DNA of 64,000 nt from Hyphomicrobiales bacterium (lineage in GTDB: Bacteria > Pseudomonadota > Alphaproteobacteria > Rhizobiales > OSC116), in contig JABSRZ010000003.1 of assembly GCA_013214705.1 (NCBI GenBank), positions 320,437-384,436 on the forward strand. Direction: 5' to 3'. A program made the position numbers and the translations under genes. The first letter of the stretch is position 1; each line of letters starts with the position of its first letter. The notes beneath the pieces are model-generated. The model saw only the letters and a program-made list of their open reading frames with translations. It had not been told where the DNA came from and did no database searches. Of this stretch, positions 54,519-64,000 are shown one piece after another.

Positions 54519-55496
54519 ATGCAAGCTATTACCTATCAAAAATATGGTTTTACCGAAGTTTTAACCACAAGCCAATTGGCGCAACCTACACCCAAGGATG
54601 ATGAGATTTTGGTGAAAATATTCGCCACCACGGTTACCCCGGTTGATGTTGCGTTTTTAAAGGGAAAGCCTTATATAGCGCGGCTGTTTACTGGTTTGTT
54701 TAAGCCTAAAAATAAGGTTTTGGGCACTGAACTTAGTGGTGAAATTGTCGCCATTGGCAAAAGCGTAACCAAATATAAGCTTGGAGACTGTGTATTTGCA
54801 TCGCCAGCTGATGGCAATGGCGCGCATGCCGAATATATCTGCCTGCCAGAGGATGGCGCACAGGCGCTTATGGCTGATGATTGGACTTATGAACAAGCTG
54901 CCGCCATTTGCAATGGCGCGCTGACGGCCTTGCCATTTTTGCGCGATGCTGGAAACATCAAAGCTGGCGATAAGGTGCTTATCATTGGCGCATCAGGCTC
55001 TATTGGCACTGTGGCGGTGCAACTGGCTAAGCATTTTGGTGCTAAGGTAACAGCCGTGTGCAGCGGTAAAAATGTCGAGCTTGTAGAGTCTCTGGGTACG
55101 GATGAGGTGATTGATTATAAGCAGCAGGATTTTACCCAGAACCAAGTTAAATATGACATTATTTTTGACACCATTGGCAACAGTAATTTCCACAAATGCC
55201 GAAATTCATTGACCCATAAAGGCCGTTACCTATCCACCACGATAGATTTTTCTAATCTGCTATTTATGTTATTTGGCAATATGTGGGGCGGTAAGCAGGC
55301 GGTTTTTGCCGCCACCGGGTTGCGCAAAGCTGCCGAGCAGATTGTTGATTTGGCTTTGATTAAAAAACTAGTCTCAAACGGCAAATTGAAAATCATCATC
55401 GACCGGGCTTACTCGTTTGAGCAAATTGCAGATGCTTATGTGCATGTAGATAAAGGCCACAAAGTTGGCAATGTTGTCATCAGTATCAACCAATAA
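54519..55496 (+). CDS. NAD(P)-dependent MDR-family oxidoreductase (quinone oxidoreductase/alcohol dehydrogenase-like)
   Basis: VLIIGASGSIGTVAVQLAK (Rossmann motif). N-terminal GroES-like domain pattern. ATG at 54519. Confidence 0.8.
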   Translation: MQAITYQKYGFTEVLTTSQLAQPTPKDDEILVKIFATTVTPVDVAFLKGKPYIARLFTGLFKPKNKVLGTELSGEIVAIGKSVTKYKLGDCVFASPADGNGAHAEYICLPEDGAQALMADDWTYEQAAAICNGALTALPFLRDAGNIKAGDKVLIIGASGSIGTVAVQLAKHFGAKVTAVCSGKNVELVESLGTDEVIDYKQQDFTQNQVKYDIIFDTIGNSNFHKCRNSLTHKGRYLSTTIDFSNLLFMLFGNMWGGKQAVFAATGLRKAAEQIVDLALIKKLVSNGKLKIIIDRAYSFEQIADAYVHVDKGHKVGNVVISINQ

Positions 55497-55528
55497 AAAC
55501 CACAAACATAAACTTAAAGGAGGCTAAA

Positions 55529-56197
55529 ATGCTACCCATTAACAACACCGCTCGGCTGGCTGGCCTAATGTATTTACTTCTTATTCCACTCGGCATAATG
55601 GCGATGATTTATATTCCCATGACGCTCATCATAGACGGCGATATTGCGACCACAATGGCCAACATTAAAGCCAATATATTGCTGTTCCGGCTGGCAAGTG
55701 TCAGCGTATATCTAGTGCAATTGGTAAATTTATTTTTGGTTTACCTGTTGTTTAGAATATTTAGCAAAGTGAATATATATGTCACTTGGTCAATGGTTAT
55801 ACTCATTGTCACGGCCATTCCCATCGCTTGGGTGAACGAATTAAATTACGCGGCTATATTGCATATTTTAGCTGGCGATGACCCTTCACCTGCTCAGGTA
55901 GCCTTGTTTTTAAATTTGCATGTATATGGCATTAACATCGCGCAAATATTTTGGGGCCTGTGGCTGTTCCCGATGGGTTATTTGGTTTATAAATCTGGTT
56001 TTATGCCGAAATTTGTTGGCATATTATTGATGATTGGCTGTTTTGGTTATTTGGTGGATAGTTTCATATTCTTCATCAACCCGAATTTTGAAATAAAATT
56101 TGCTGAATTTCTATTCCTTGGTGAAGTGGTCATGACATTATGGTTGCTCATAAAGGGTGTGAATGCGGAGAAATGGCACGAAATAAAGGCGAATTAA
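55529..56197 (+). CDS. DUF4386-family membrane protein
   Basis: ARLAGLMYLLLIPLGI... and multiple TM helices, typical of DUF4386. Confidence 0.55.
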   Translation: MLPINNTARLAGLMYLLLIPLGIMAMIYIPMTLIIDGDIATTMANIKANILLFRLASVSVYLVQLVNLFLVYLLFRIFSKVNIYVTWSMVILIVTAIPIAWVNELNYAAILHILAGDDPSPAQVALFLNLHVYGINIAQIFWGLWLFPMGYLVYKSGFMPKFVGILLMIGCFGYLVDSFIFFINPNFEIKFAEFLFLGEVVMTLWLLIKGVNAEKWHEIKAN

Positions 56198-56209
56198 CTA
56201 GTCAAATAT

Positions 56210-56237
56210 AATGGATGTCATCAACCTGACATCCATT
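56210..56237. terminator. Hairpin between convergent genes (possible bidirectional terminator)
   Basis: AATGGATGTCA (56210-56220) / TGACATCCATT (56227-56237) form a perfect 11-bp stem. T-rich flanks are modest on both sides. Confidence 0.5.
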
Positions 56238-56244
56238 ATTTGCG

Positions 56245-57303
56245 TTAAAAAACCATGCCACGGGCCTTGATGGGCAATGTTTTGATGGTTTTTTGATCGC
56301 GATAGATAAAAACTTGATCATATAAATTGGTAACCGGGCAAACGTGATTGGGAATGATGTTTATTTTTTCGCCAATACTTGGCTTGGTTTCACAGTCGGA
56401 AAAATCTATATGACCATGCTCTTCGCTTAACGCTATTATTTTTGCCTGTGGATATTGTTTGATCAGGCCATAATTTTCCAAACCCAATAAATCGGAGGTT
56501 AGGCTTTTTGAACCGGCATCTATAATGCCGCGATTTTCGGTCGGTCGGCTGACAATTTGTGCCAAAACTGTGAGCGCGCAATCCGCTATAACGCATTGGG
56601 ATTTGCTGATCAACGAGCGGTCATTATAAATATAGGTGCCGGGGCGATGTTCGGTTGCAGATGTAACGATTTTAGCGCCGCGCATAAACGGCGTGCCGCC
56701 AATAGAGATTGTCTCACAATGGCCGATTTGAGCTAAACATAAAGCCTTGGTTTGTCGGCAAAAATCTTCTACAGATTGCCATTGGTTGGACGCTGGATAT
56801 ATCATAATGCCGGCGAAATTAACCCCGGTTTTTGAAGCAATATATTTGCCTAATTCTACCGCTGCTTGTGGCGATTGCACACCGCACCGACCCATGCCAG
56901 TGTCGCATTCTACCAAAATATCGATGGTTGCATTTAGTTTGGTGAAACATTTACTTAACCCATCGACCACATAGCGGCTATCTGCCACGGTTTTTAACTT
57001 GCATTTGGTGGTAAGCTTGGCCAAACGGTTAAGCTTAAATTCGCCCAAAATATTATAGCTTATCAGAATGTCTGAAATGCCTGCATTGGCAAAAATCTCG
57101 GCCTCTGATATTTTTTGACAGGTGATGCCAACGGCGCCATGTTCTAACTGCAATTTGGCATATGCTGGCAATTTATGAGTTTTAATATGCGGGCGTAACT
57201 TTAGATGTGTGGTGGCAAAAAAATCGGCAGTGGCCTTGATATTTCGATCGACAATATCTTGATCGATGATGACGCAGGGCGTATCAAGTTCGGATATATT
57301 CAT
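56245..57303 (-). CDS. D-threonine aldolase / D-serine dehydratase-like PLP enzyme (alanine racemase N-terminal fold)
   Basis: DTPCVIIDQDIVDRNI...LRPHIKTHK (PLP lysine context). C-terminal ...SEEHGHI.... Confidence 0.7.
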   Translation of the reverse strand: MNISELDTPCVIIDQDIVDRNIKATADFFATTHLKLRPHIKTHKLPAYAKLQLEHGAVGITCQKISEAEIFANAGISDILISYNILGEFKLNRLAKLTTKCKLKTVADSRYVVDGLSKCFTKLNATIDILVECDTGMGRCGVQSPQAAVELGKYIASKTGVNFAGIMIYPASNQWQSVEDFCRQTKALCLAQIGHCETISIGGTPFMRGAKIVTSATEHRPGTYIYNDRSLISKSQCVIADCALTVLAQIVSRPTENRGIIDAGSKSLTSDLLGLENYGLIKQYPQAKIIALSEEHGHIDFSDCETKPSIGEKINIIPNHVCPVTNLYDQVFIYRDQKTIKTLPIKARGMVF

Positions 57304-57308
57304 TATTT

Positions 57309-57713
57309 TTACCTATTATTTGGTTTTTTGTAGGCTATACAGTCGATCTCTACTTTACAATCGACCATTAAGGACGCTTGAACGCAGGCGCGGGCGGGTG
57401 GATGGTCGCCGAAATATTGTTTGTAAACCCCATTGAATGACCAGAAATCGCGGGGGTCATCTAACCAAATGCCGCACCTGACCACATGTTCTGTGCCATA
57501 GCCGGCTTCGTCCAATATAGCCAAAACATTTTTAATGGTTGTGTGGCTTTGCTCCACAATGCCGGTGCCGACAATTTCACCATCGACCATCGGCACTTGA
57601 CCCGAAATATGCAACCAGCCATCGGCCTCGACCGCTCTGGCAAAGGGTAAGTTTTGACCACCAGCACCAGATTTATCGACACCATATCTTTTTATATCAG
57701 ACATTTTATTCAC
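57309..57713 (-). CDS. RidA/YjgF-family protein
   Basis: 134 aa. ISGQVP...HVVRCGIWL.D...F..FN.VY..YF...PAR..V......V.VEIDCIA is the RidA pattern. Confidence 0.8.
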   Translation of the reverse strand: MNKMSDIKRYGVDKSGAGGQNLPFARAVEADGWLHISGQVPMVDGEIVGTGIVEQSHTTIKNVLAILDEAGYGTEHVVRCGIWLDDPRDFWSFNGVYKQYFGDHPPARACVQASLMVDCKVEIDCIAYKKPNNR

Positions 57714-57869
57714 CTCAATTAAGTTTAGTTCGATACAAATATAAGGTTAGAAATTGCTAAATGTAAATTAGTTTTTTGCCAAACCACAGCTAAATTTAAA
57801 TCTGAATTTGAATAATTTTTTCAACCCAAATTCAGGTTGGTTTTTGGGTTTCGGCATGGTTTTAGTGGT

Positions 57870-58541
57870 TTAATGTTCGCGATCAGACAACATATAGCCT
57901 AAGCCACGCACCGATTGAATGGCCACATTAGAGCCGGATATTTTTTTTCTCAAACGTGAAATGGTTTGCTCAATGGCATTCAGGCTGATTTCCTCATCAA
58001 ATGAAGATAGACTTTGGACTAAATCTTCTTTGGATATCAAACTATCACTATTCAAACATAGTTCCCGCATCAAGGAGAATTCTCGTGCGGTTAAATCTAT
58101 ATTACCTTCGGGCACAAATAAAATATGTTTTTGCACATCCATAGTGATGTTGCCAAAACCTAATAAGACCGATTTCTTGCCATGTATGCGCCTAATTAGC
58201 ATGCGAACCCGCGCCAATAACTCGGCCACGTCGAAAGGCTTTGTCAGGTAATCATCGGCGCCAAAATCCAGCCCTTTAACCCGATCACTTAAACTACCTC
58301 TGGCGGTGAGTAGCATAACCGCAACCTCTAGTTTTTTATTTCTGATCTCTTTTAAAATGTCTAGGCCGTCATAATCGGGCAATGATAAATCTAATATAAC
58401 CACTTCAAATTTTTCGGTGGCCAAAGCTGCGAGGGCTAATTCACCATTAACCACCCAATCTACTGCATAATCTTCTTTTTCAAACAATAGCTTACAAGAT
58501 TGCCCAAGATTAATATTGTCTTCAACTAATAACAGTCTCAT
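57870..58541 (-). CDS. OmpR-family response regulator (TctD-like by context)
   Basis: MRLLLVEDN...VILDLSLPDYDG...LLTAR receiver domain, then a winged-helix output ...VRGLGYML. ATG at 58541. Confidence 0.85.
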   Translation of the reverse strand: MRLLLVEDNINLGQSCKLLFEKEDYAVDWVVNGELALAALATEKFEVVILDLSLPDYDGLDILKEIRNKKLEVAVMLLTARGSLSDRVKGLDFGADDYLTKPFDVAELLARVRMLIRRIHGKKSVLLGFGNITMDVQKHILFVPEGNIDLTAREFSLMRELCLNSDSLISKEDLVQSLSSFDEEISLNAIEQTISRLRKKISGSNVAIQSVRGLGYMLSDREH

Positions 58542-58597
58542 CCTTTCAATCTCCCACCCAAAATGTACCCGAATCGACACTAGCATAATCAGAAGAT

Positions 58598-59701
58598 TTG
58601 AATTTTTTAATTTTATCTTTTAGTATGAAACAAATATTTCAACTCGGGAAGCAGGATATTATGTATATTTTCAGACTGGTTTCGTCTTTATTACTGGCCG
58701 TATATTTCACAAATCCGGCCTATTCGGTTGATGTCTTTCCGGCTTTAGACCAAAATTCTAACCAGCAAAAAATGGTGATTTATTCATCATTAGATGTGAA
58801 TTTTGTACAGAATATCATCAAAGAATTTCAACAAACGATGCCCAATATTGAAATCGAATATCATGACCTGCAAACCTTTGATATTTACGACAAGGTGGTT
58901 ACCGAAAGTGACAACCAACAAGTGACTGCGGATTTTGTATTTAGCAGTGCGATGGATTTGCAAGTTAAACTTGCCAATGATGGATATGCCAGAAACCTAC
59001 CGGTTTCGATTGCGGCAAATTTGCCAACTTTTTCAAAATGGCGGCAAATGGTGTTTGGGCTAACCAACGAACCTGCCGTGTTGGTTTATAATAAAGATTG
59101 GTTTAAAGACAAAACCGTGCCCAAGACGCATGATGAAATAACCGAATTTTTGATGCAAAATAGCCAAGAAATTTTTGGCCGGGTGGCAACCTATGACATT
59201 GAGCGTTCTGGCTTGGGGTTGTTTTTTCTGGCACAAGACCAAAAATACAATAACAATGTATGGCCTTTGGTTAGCGCCATGGGCCAAGCTGGGGTGAGGC
59301 TATATACCAATAGTTCGGCTATATTACAGCGGGTTGCAGATGGCAAATTTATTATGGGATATAATATTTTAGGCTCTTATGCAGAAACTTATGCCAAAAC
59401 CAACCCGGGAATTGGCATTATTATGCCTGAGGATTATACCATCATCACCTCTAGAATTGGCTTGGTACCAAGATATGCTGCCCAGCCGTTGTTGGGTGAA
59501 AGTTTTTTGCGATTTTTGGCCTCAGAGAAAGGTCAGTCTTTATTTGTTGAACATATCAATACGTTGCCGCTGAATGTGGCCAACAAATCTACCAAATTTC
59601 AATATGTGCATATTGGCCCGGGTCTGGTGGTTTATCAAGACCAGTTGAAACGTCAAAAACTCATTCGGAAATGGAATAGCTCGCTAGAGCAACATCAATA
59701 A
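58598..59701 (+). CDS. Periplasmic solute-binding protein (Fe3+/ABC-type family 1-like)
   Basis: Signal-like N-terminus and KMVIYSSLDVNFVQNIIKEFQ, typical of Fe3+-type SBPs. The start is uncertain; ATGs lie at 58625 and 58658. Confidence 0.55.
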   Translation: MNFLILSFSMKQIFQLGKQDIMYIFRLVSSLLLAVYFTNPAYSVDVFPALDQNSNQQKMVIYSSLDVNFVQNIIKEFQQTMPNIEIEYHDLQTFDIYDKVVTESDNQQVTADFVFSSAMDLQVKLANDGYARNLPVSIAANLPTFSKWRQMVFGLTNEPAVLVYNKDWFKDKTVPKTHDEITEFLMQNSQEIFGRVATYDIERSGLGLFFLAQDQKYNNNVWPLVSAMGQAGVRLYTNSSAILQRVADGKFIMGYNILGSYAETYAKTNPGIGIIMPEDYTIITSRIGLVPRYAAQPLLGESFLRFLASEKGQSLFVEHINTLPLNVANKSTKFQYVHIGPGLVVYQDQLKRQKLIRKWNSSLEQHQ

Positions 59702-59809
59702 GGCTGGCTGTATTTAATATATCTCTCTCTGACAGCGTTCTGACAGTTTTATTTGTTACCAATGATGACGCACTACAACTTTAGTGCCAATTATAGAGGG
59801 AGAATATTA

Positions 59810-60784
59810 ATGAAAAATACAACTCGAAATATTCTGGCAGCCGCAGCGGCCGCTACGTCACTATTTCTTGCACCCGGTGCAATAGCCGATCCAATCAAAT
59901 CTATCCATTTTCTAATTCCTGGTGGTCCAGGTGGTGGTTGGGACGGCACTGCGCGTGGTACTGGTGAAGCTTTAAACAAAGCTGGCTTAGTTGACTCAGT
60001 TTCGTTTGAAAACATGTCTGGTGGTGGTGGTGGTAAAGCCATTGCTCATCTTATCGAAACAGCTGAAAAAGCTGGTTCGACTTTGATGGTTAACTCAACA
60101 CCAATCGTGATTCGTTCACTACAAAAAGTGTTTCCACAGTCATTCCGTGATTTAACACCTGTAGCTGGCACAATTGGCGATTATGCTGCCATAGTGGTTC
60201 ATAAAGACAGTGATTTAGCTGACTTTGGTGCTTTGATTTCAAAATATAAAGCTGATGCTAAATCTGTCGCCATTGGTGGCGGTAGTGTTGCTGGTGGTAT
60301 GGACCATTTGGTTGCAGCGATGGTTATGCAAGCCGCTGGTGCAAACCCAACTGAAGTGAAATATATTCCATATGACGCTGGTGGTAAAGCCATGGCTGGC
60401 CTGTTGAGCGGCGAGATTAACGCTCTGTCTACAGGTTTTGGTGAAGCTATTGAATTAGCGAAACAAGGCGAAGTGCGTATTTTATGCGTAACCTCAGCCG
60501 AGCGTGTTGATGCTGCACCAGATGCCCCAACTTGTACCGAAGAAGGCGCTAGTGTTGAATTTGTAAACTGGCGCGGTTTCTTTGCTGCACCGGGTATCAG
60601 CGATGCTAAAAAAGCTGAATATGTAGCAGCATTAGAAAAAATGTATGACACACCAGAATGGGAAACTGTACGTGCCCGTAATGGTTGGGTTAACATCTTT
60701 AATGCCGATGATGACTTCATCACTTTCTTAGAAAACCAAGAAGAAGTGCTTGGCAAACTTATGAAAGAACTTGGCTTCCTATAA
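59810..60784 (+). CDS. tctC: Tripartite tricarboxylate transporter substrate-binding protein
   Basis: ATG at 59810 behind AGAGGGAGA. Signal peptide. Bug/TctC pattern PGGPGGGWDGTARG...NMSGGGG. Followed by tctB and tctA. Confidence 0.85.
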   Translation: MKNTTRNILAAAAAATSLFLAPGAIADPIKSIHFLIPGGPGGGWDGTARGTGEALNKAGLVDSVSFENMSGGGGGKAIAHLIETAEKAGSTLMVNSTPIVIRSLQKVFPQSFRDLTPVAGTIGDYAAIVVHKDSDLADFGALISKYKADAKSVAIGGGSVAGGMDHLVAAMVMQAAGANPTEVKYIPYDAGGKAMAGLLSGEINALSTGFGEAIELAKQGEVRILCVTSAERVDAAPDAPTCTEEGASVEFVNWRGFFAAPGISDAKKAEYVAALEKMYDTPEWETVRARNGWVNIFNADDDFITFLENQEEVLGKLMKELGFL

Positions 60785-60801
60785 GCTAAGGTAAAATATT
60801 T

Positions 60802-60839
60802 GCTGAGGAGGGCTTTAAGGCTTGCCTCAGCTTTTTTTT
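60802..60839 (+). terminator. Rho-independent terminator/attenuator after tctC
   Basis: GCTGAGG (60802-60808) / CCTCAGC (60825-60831), followed by T8 (60832-60839). Confidence 0.7.
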
Positions 60840-60858
60840 AAAATTTAGGGGAATAGAT

Positions 60859-61323
60859 ATGTTATCTAGTGACCGTATAGGTGCACTCGTACTGTTGGCT
60901 TTTTCCATCGGCTACGGCGCCATGATATATCAAATACCACTGTTGCCATTTCAGCGCACAGCGGCATTTACCGCACAAACCTTGCCCCAAGCGCTAAGTG
61001 TTATGGGCATTGTTTTATCACTCGTATTATTATTCACCTCCAGAAACAGAGATATGCCCGATGTGGCAGGTTATCACTGGTTAAAAGGTGGCTTGATTTG
61101 TGGCCTGATGGTGGCTTACGGCTTCTTGGTGCGGCCTGCTGGTTTCATCCTTTCGACCGGGTTATTTTTGATTTTTTGCGAATTGGTGTTGGGTGAGCGG
61201 CGGTGGAAAATACTTATATTTTCAACCATGCCAGTTGTGTTGTTTTTTTGGTATTTAATGAATGAAGTTTTGGGTGTTTATGTTGCGCCATTGCCAGAAT
61301 TCTTAGTGGATATGAGAGGGTGA
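60859..61323 (+). CDS. tctB: Tripartite tricarboxylate transporter small membrane subunit
   Basis: 154 aa, 4 TM helices, between tctC and tctA. Confidence 0.8.
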   Translation: MLSSDRIGALVLLAFSIGYGAMIYQIPLLPFQRTAAFTAQTLPQALSVMGIVLSLVLLFTSRNRDMPDVAGYHWLKGGLICGLMVAYGFLVRPAGFILSTGLFLIFCELVLGERRWKILIFSTMPVVLFFWYLMNEVLGVYVAPLPEFLVDMRG

Positions 61324-61327
61324 TTTC

Positions 61328-62866
61328 ATGTTAGAAGGTATTTTAATGGGGCTGACCACAGCTGTTAGCCCGATAAATCTGGCTATGGTGGTTGCCGGGT
61401 GTATGGTTGGCACATTCATTGGTATGTTGCCCGGTTTAGGGCCAATATCGGCCATTGCATTGATGATTCCGATCACCTATGGTCTAGAACCATCTACCGG
61501 CCTAATTTTAATGGCGGGCGTTTATTACGGCGCTATTTTTGGCGGTTCAACTTCATCTATCCTGATCAACGCCCCGGGGGTGGCGGGCACAGTTGCCACC
61601 GCGTTTGATGGGTATCCGATGGCCAAAAAGGGTCAGGCGGGCAAAGCCTTAGCCATTGCGGCTTATTCGTCATTTTCTGGTGGTACAATTGCGACCTTGT
61701 TATTATTGGTGGCGGCGCCATCTTTAGCCGCGGTTTCATTGTCATTCCATTCGACCGATTATTTTGCCCTTATGGTGCTAGGCCTTACTGCTGTGGCGGC
61801 TTTTGCCGGCAAAGGCAATGTAGTTAAAGCCATTTTGATGACCGTATTGGGGCTGATGATTTCGACCATCGGCACTGACCAAACCCAAGGCATACAGCGT
61901 TTTACCATGGGTATTACCGACTTAATTGATGGCATTTCATTTTTATTGTTAGCCATGGCAGCTTTTGCTTTGTCCGAAGCGTTATTGGTAGTGTTGCGAC
62001 CAAAATCCGATAAAGCAAGGGCTAAAGAGCTAGAGGCACAAAGCAATTTGGGCAGCATGAAATTGAGCAAAGCCGAGATCAAAGAGATGATACCGGTCAT
62101 TGGGCGTTCATCTCTGTTAGGCTTTTTTGTTGGGGTGTTACCCGGCGCGGGCGCAACCATTGCTAGCTTTTTAGCTTATGGTATGGAACAGCGCATAGCT
62201 GGCGAAAAAGGCAAAGAATTCGGCACCGGCTCCATCCGCGGTTTAACAGCGCCAGAAACGGCAAATAATGCAGCTTGTTCTGGCTCATTTGTGCCACTTT
62301 TGACTTTGGGCATACCCGGTAGTGGTACGACTGCCATAATGTTAGGTGCGTTAATTTCTTACGGCATTCAACCTGGACCAAGGTTATATTTGGACAATCC
62401 GACGGTGTTTTGGTCGGTGATTATTTCGATGTATATTGGCAATGTGGTATTGCTGATATTGAATTTGCCGCTTATTCCGTATATCGCTAAAATATTGTCT
62501 ATTCCATCAAATATACTGACACCGTTGATTTTATTCTTTTCACTCATTGGTGTATATTTTGTGTCATTCAACACATTTGACATCCATTTAATGGTGATAT
62601 TTGCGGTGGCCGCGGTAGGTTTACGGCTATTGGATTTCCCTTTAGCGCCGATGTTATTGGGTTTTATACTCGGTGGCATGATGGAAGAAAATTTGCGCCG
62701 CGCATTGCTGATTAATGATGACAGCTGGTCTTTTATCATTGAACGGCCGCTAACATTGTCTATTTTATTGATAGCGGCTGCAACATTAGTTTTGCCAGCA
62801 ATACTTTCAAAAGCCTCGGTCTGGTTTCTCAATCGGGTTGAAAAAAATAAAGCCAATGAAAGCTAA
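61328..62866 (+). CDS. tctA: Tripartite tricarboxylate transporter large permease
   Basis: 512 aa polytopic protein. GMLPGLGPISAIALMIP and GVLPGAGATIASFLAY are TctA signatures. Confidence 0.9.
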   Translation: MLEGILMGLTTAVSPINLAMVVAGCMVGTFIGMLPGLGPISAIALMIPITYGLEPSTGLILMAGVYYGAIFGGSTSSILINAPGVAGTVATAFDGYPMAKKGQAGKALAIAAYSSFSGGTIATLLLLVAAPSLAAVSLSFHSTDYFALMVLGLTAVAAFAGKGNVVKAILMTVLGLMISTIGTDQTQGIQRFTMGITDLIDGISFLLLAMAAFALSEALLVVLRPKSDKARAKELEAQSNLGSMKLSKAEIKEMIPVIGRSSLLGFFVGVLPGAGATIASFLAYGMEQRIAGEKGKEFGTGSIRGLTAPETANNAACSGSFVPLLTLGIPGSGTTAIMLGALISYGIQPGPRLYLDNPTVFWSVIISMYIGNVVLLILNLPLIPYIAKILSIPSNILTPLILFFSLIGVYFVSFNTFDIHLMVIFAVAAVGLRLLDFPLAPMLLGFILGGMMEENLRRALLINDDSWSFIIERPLTLSILLIAAATLVLPAILSKASVWFLNRVEKNKANES

Positions 62867-62918
62867 AAAGTGGTTTCATATCACTGATTATTGTATATTT
62901 GGTTAGGAGTGGGGGGCG

Positions 62919-62957
62919 CCCTCTATGATGACGATGTCATCATAGAGGGATTTTTTT
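62919..62957 (+). terminator. Strong terminator hairpin between convergent tctA and the sensor kinase
   Basis: CCCTCTATGATGAC (62919-62932) / GTCATCATAGAGGG (62936-62949) form a perfect 14-bp stem, followed by ATTTTTTT. The right arm contains the kinase stop codon. Confidence 0.75.
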
Positions 62958-64000
62958 AAATTTTAACTCAACGCTAAAACCCTTTTGGTGGTTATTGCTC
63001 ATTTGCTCAGACCGGGTGGCGCGTGACAGTTTAATTGAACCGCCAAATATTTGCATAATTTCGGCGGTAATTGACAGGCCTAAGCCAGAACCTAATGACA
63101 ATGGATTATTGCCCTGCACAAAACGGTCTAATATTATTTCATATTGATCTGAAACCACCCCTATGCCGTCATCTTCGATGGCAAGGCAATAGAACTCCGC
63201 ATCTTCATACAAATAAATAGTGGCGATGGTGCAATTGACGCCGTGGATGAAAATATTGTGAATTAGGTTATGCAACATTTCGTCGAATAATGTTTTGTTG
63301 CCGACCAAATTTGCAATCTCTCGACCCAATTGATTCTCAAAGCCCAGATCTATTTTATTTTTAAAGGCTTCCGCTGACTCTCGCTCGATATTATTTTTAA
63401 TTACGGCGACTAGATCAAAGGCTAAACCCGATTTATCTGCTGACTCGTTCTCGACTTTTGCCAATAATATAAATTGCGACAAAATGCGCTCGCAATCATT
63501 TATGGCACGGTTGGCTATGTCAAAATATTTTTGCTTCTCGGCCGCAGATGTGGCTGAATTGGCTAGATATATATTCATTTTGACCACACTTAGCGGGGTC
63601 TTAATCTGATGTTCGGCATTGCTGGTGAAATTTCTTAGCGATATGAGGCTATTGTCCAACCGTTTCATAAAATGATTAATGCCCGAGATTAAAGTTTCGA
63701 CTTCTTGCGGAACTTTGTGAGTTATGGGTCTTAAATCTTCCAGACTTCTTCTGCCGATGGCTTGTTGTAAATGCGATAATGGTTTCAAGCCAAACATAAT
63801 GCCGATCCAAACAAAAACCAAAGCCGTTACCATTAAGATGCTCAGCCGAATGCCCGTGCTGATGAGAATGTCATTGGAAAGCACAATTCTGGCCTGTGTG
63901 GTCTCGGCCAAAATAACTTCAAATTTGTGGCTTCGTTCTGGCCCGATGGCGATGCCACTATAAGACGCCAACCTAATGGCAGACTCGCGGAACTTTCCAT
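62940..64000 (-). CDS. Sensor histidine kinase (TctE-like by context), 5'-partial at the window edge
   Basis: TM then HAMP-like segment. H-box NAEHQIKTPLS. HATPase motifs NLIHNIFIHG, IEDDGIGV, GSGLGLSI. The reading frame stays open upstream of the track start to position 64000. Confidence 0.85.
   Translation of the reverse strand, partial: GKFRESAIRLASYSGIAIGPERSHKFEVILAETTQARIVLSNDILISTGIRLSILMVTALVFVWIGIMFGLKPLSHLQQAIGRRSLEDLRPITHKVPQEVETLISGINHFMKRLDNSLISLRNFTSNAEHQIKTPLSVVKMNIYLANSATSAAEKQKYFDIANRAINDCERILSQFILLAKVENESADKSGLAFDLVAVIKNNIERESAEAFKNKIDLGFENQLGREIANLVGNKTLFDEMLHNLIHNIFIHGVNCTIATIYLYEDAEFYCLAIEDDGIGVVSDQYEIILDRFVQGNNPLSLGSGLGLSITAEIMQIFGGSIKLSRATRSEQMSNNHQKGFSVELKFKKIPL

Noticed and set aside
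59791-62856. Several minus-strand ORFs (83-185 aa) over tctC and tctA, and similar shadows over the portal, protease, tape measure, baseplate and fibre genes
   Set aside because: All are antisense to strongly supported genes. Their composition is typical of stop-poor reverse frames, and no independent start signals were found.
1-64000. Search by eye for tRNA, rRNA, integrase, transposase or IS ends, especially in the intergenic regions 48141-49115, 51155-51314 and 57714-57869
   Set aside because: Nothing convincing was seen. A tRNA scan with proper software is still needed, because cloverleafs are easy to miss by eye.

Overview
About the first 49 kb is one temperate phage genome (a prophage) whose left end runs off the window. 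From about 49.1 kb onward the DNA is ordinary chromosome: a citryl-CoA lyase/CoA-transferase pair, an SRPBCC protein, an MlrC-like peptidase, a LysR regulator, an MDR oxidoreductase, DUF4386, a D-amino-acid PLP enzyme with RidA, and a tctCBA tricarboxylate transporter with a response regulator and a partial sensor kinase. The phage is a mosaic of three module types. (1) A lambdoid immunity/early region: CI-like S24 repressor, Cro, CII-like protein, an O-like initiator with internal iterons, two N6-adenine methyltransferases, and a long translationally coupled early operon ending in a GapR/DUF2312 homologue. (2) Lambda-type packaging and head genes: Nu1, gpA, gpW, portal, S49 protease-scaffold, gpD, gpE. 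(3) A Mu/P2-type contractile tail (sheath, tube, frameshifted chaperone, tape measure, gp43-48-like baseplate, repeat-containing fibre), followed by holin, endolysin and spanins. Visibly AT-rich accessory cargo sits at four places. (a) Left end: a MORC-like GHKL ATPase-nuclease convergent with a C5 methyltransferase. (b) Two leftward membrane/secreted genes, each behind a repeated leader, inserted antisense into the rightward early operon. (c) An island between the early and late genes, holding a secreted Vps62/DUF946 protein, decayed PD-(D/E)xK nuclease genes, and a three-gene operon of MqsR-like toxin, extended MqsA-like antitoxin and a KGGVGR ParA-type ATPase with a helical-repeat tail. (d) Right end: a membrane protein, a secreted Sel1-repeat protein and a secreted thermonuclease. 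The toxin-antitoxin-ATPase operon is my best candidate for an undescribed defence system. I recognised no integrase, transposase, tRNA, rRNA or CRISPR array. The host is probably alphaproteobacterial, inferred from the GapR/DUF2312, MmcB-like and Tct genes. All family assignments come from reading the translations by eye. No searches or computations were run, and GC statements are visual impressions only.
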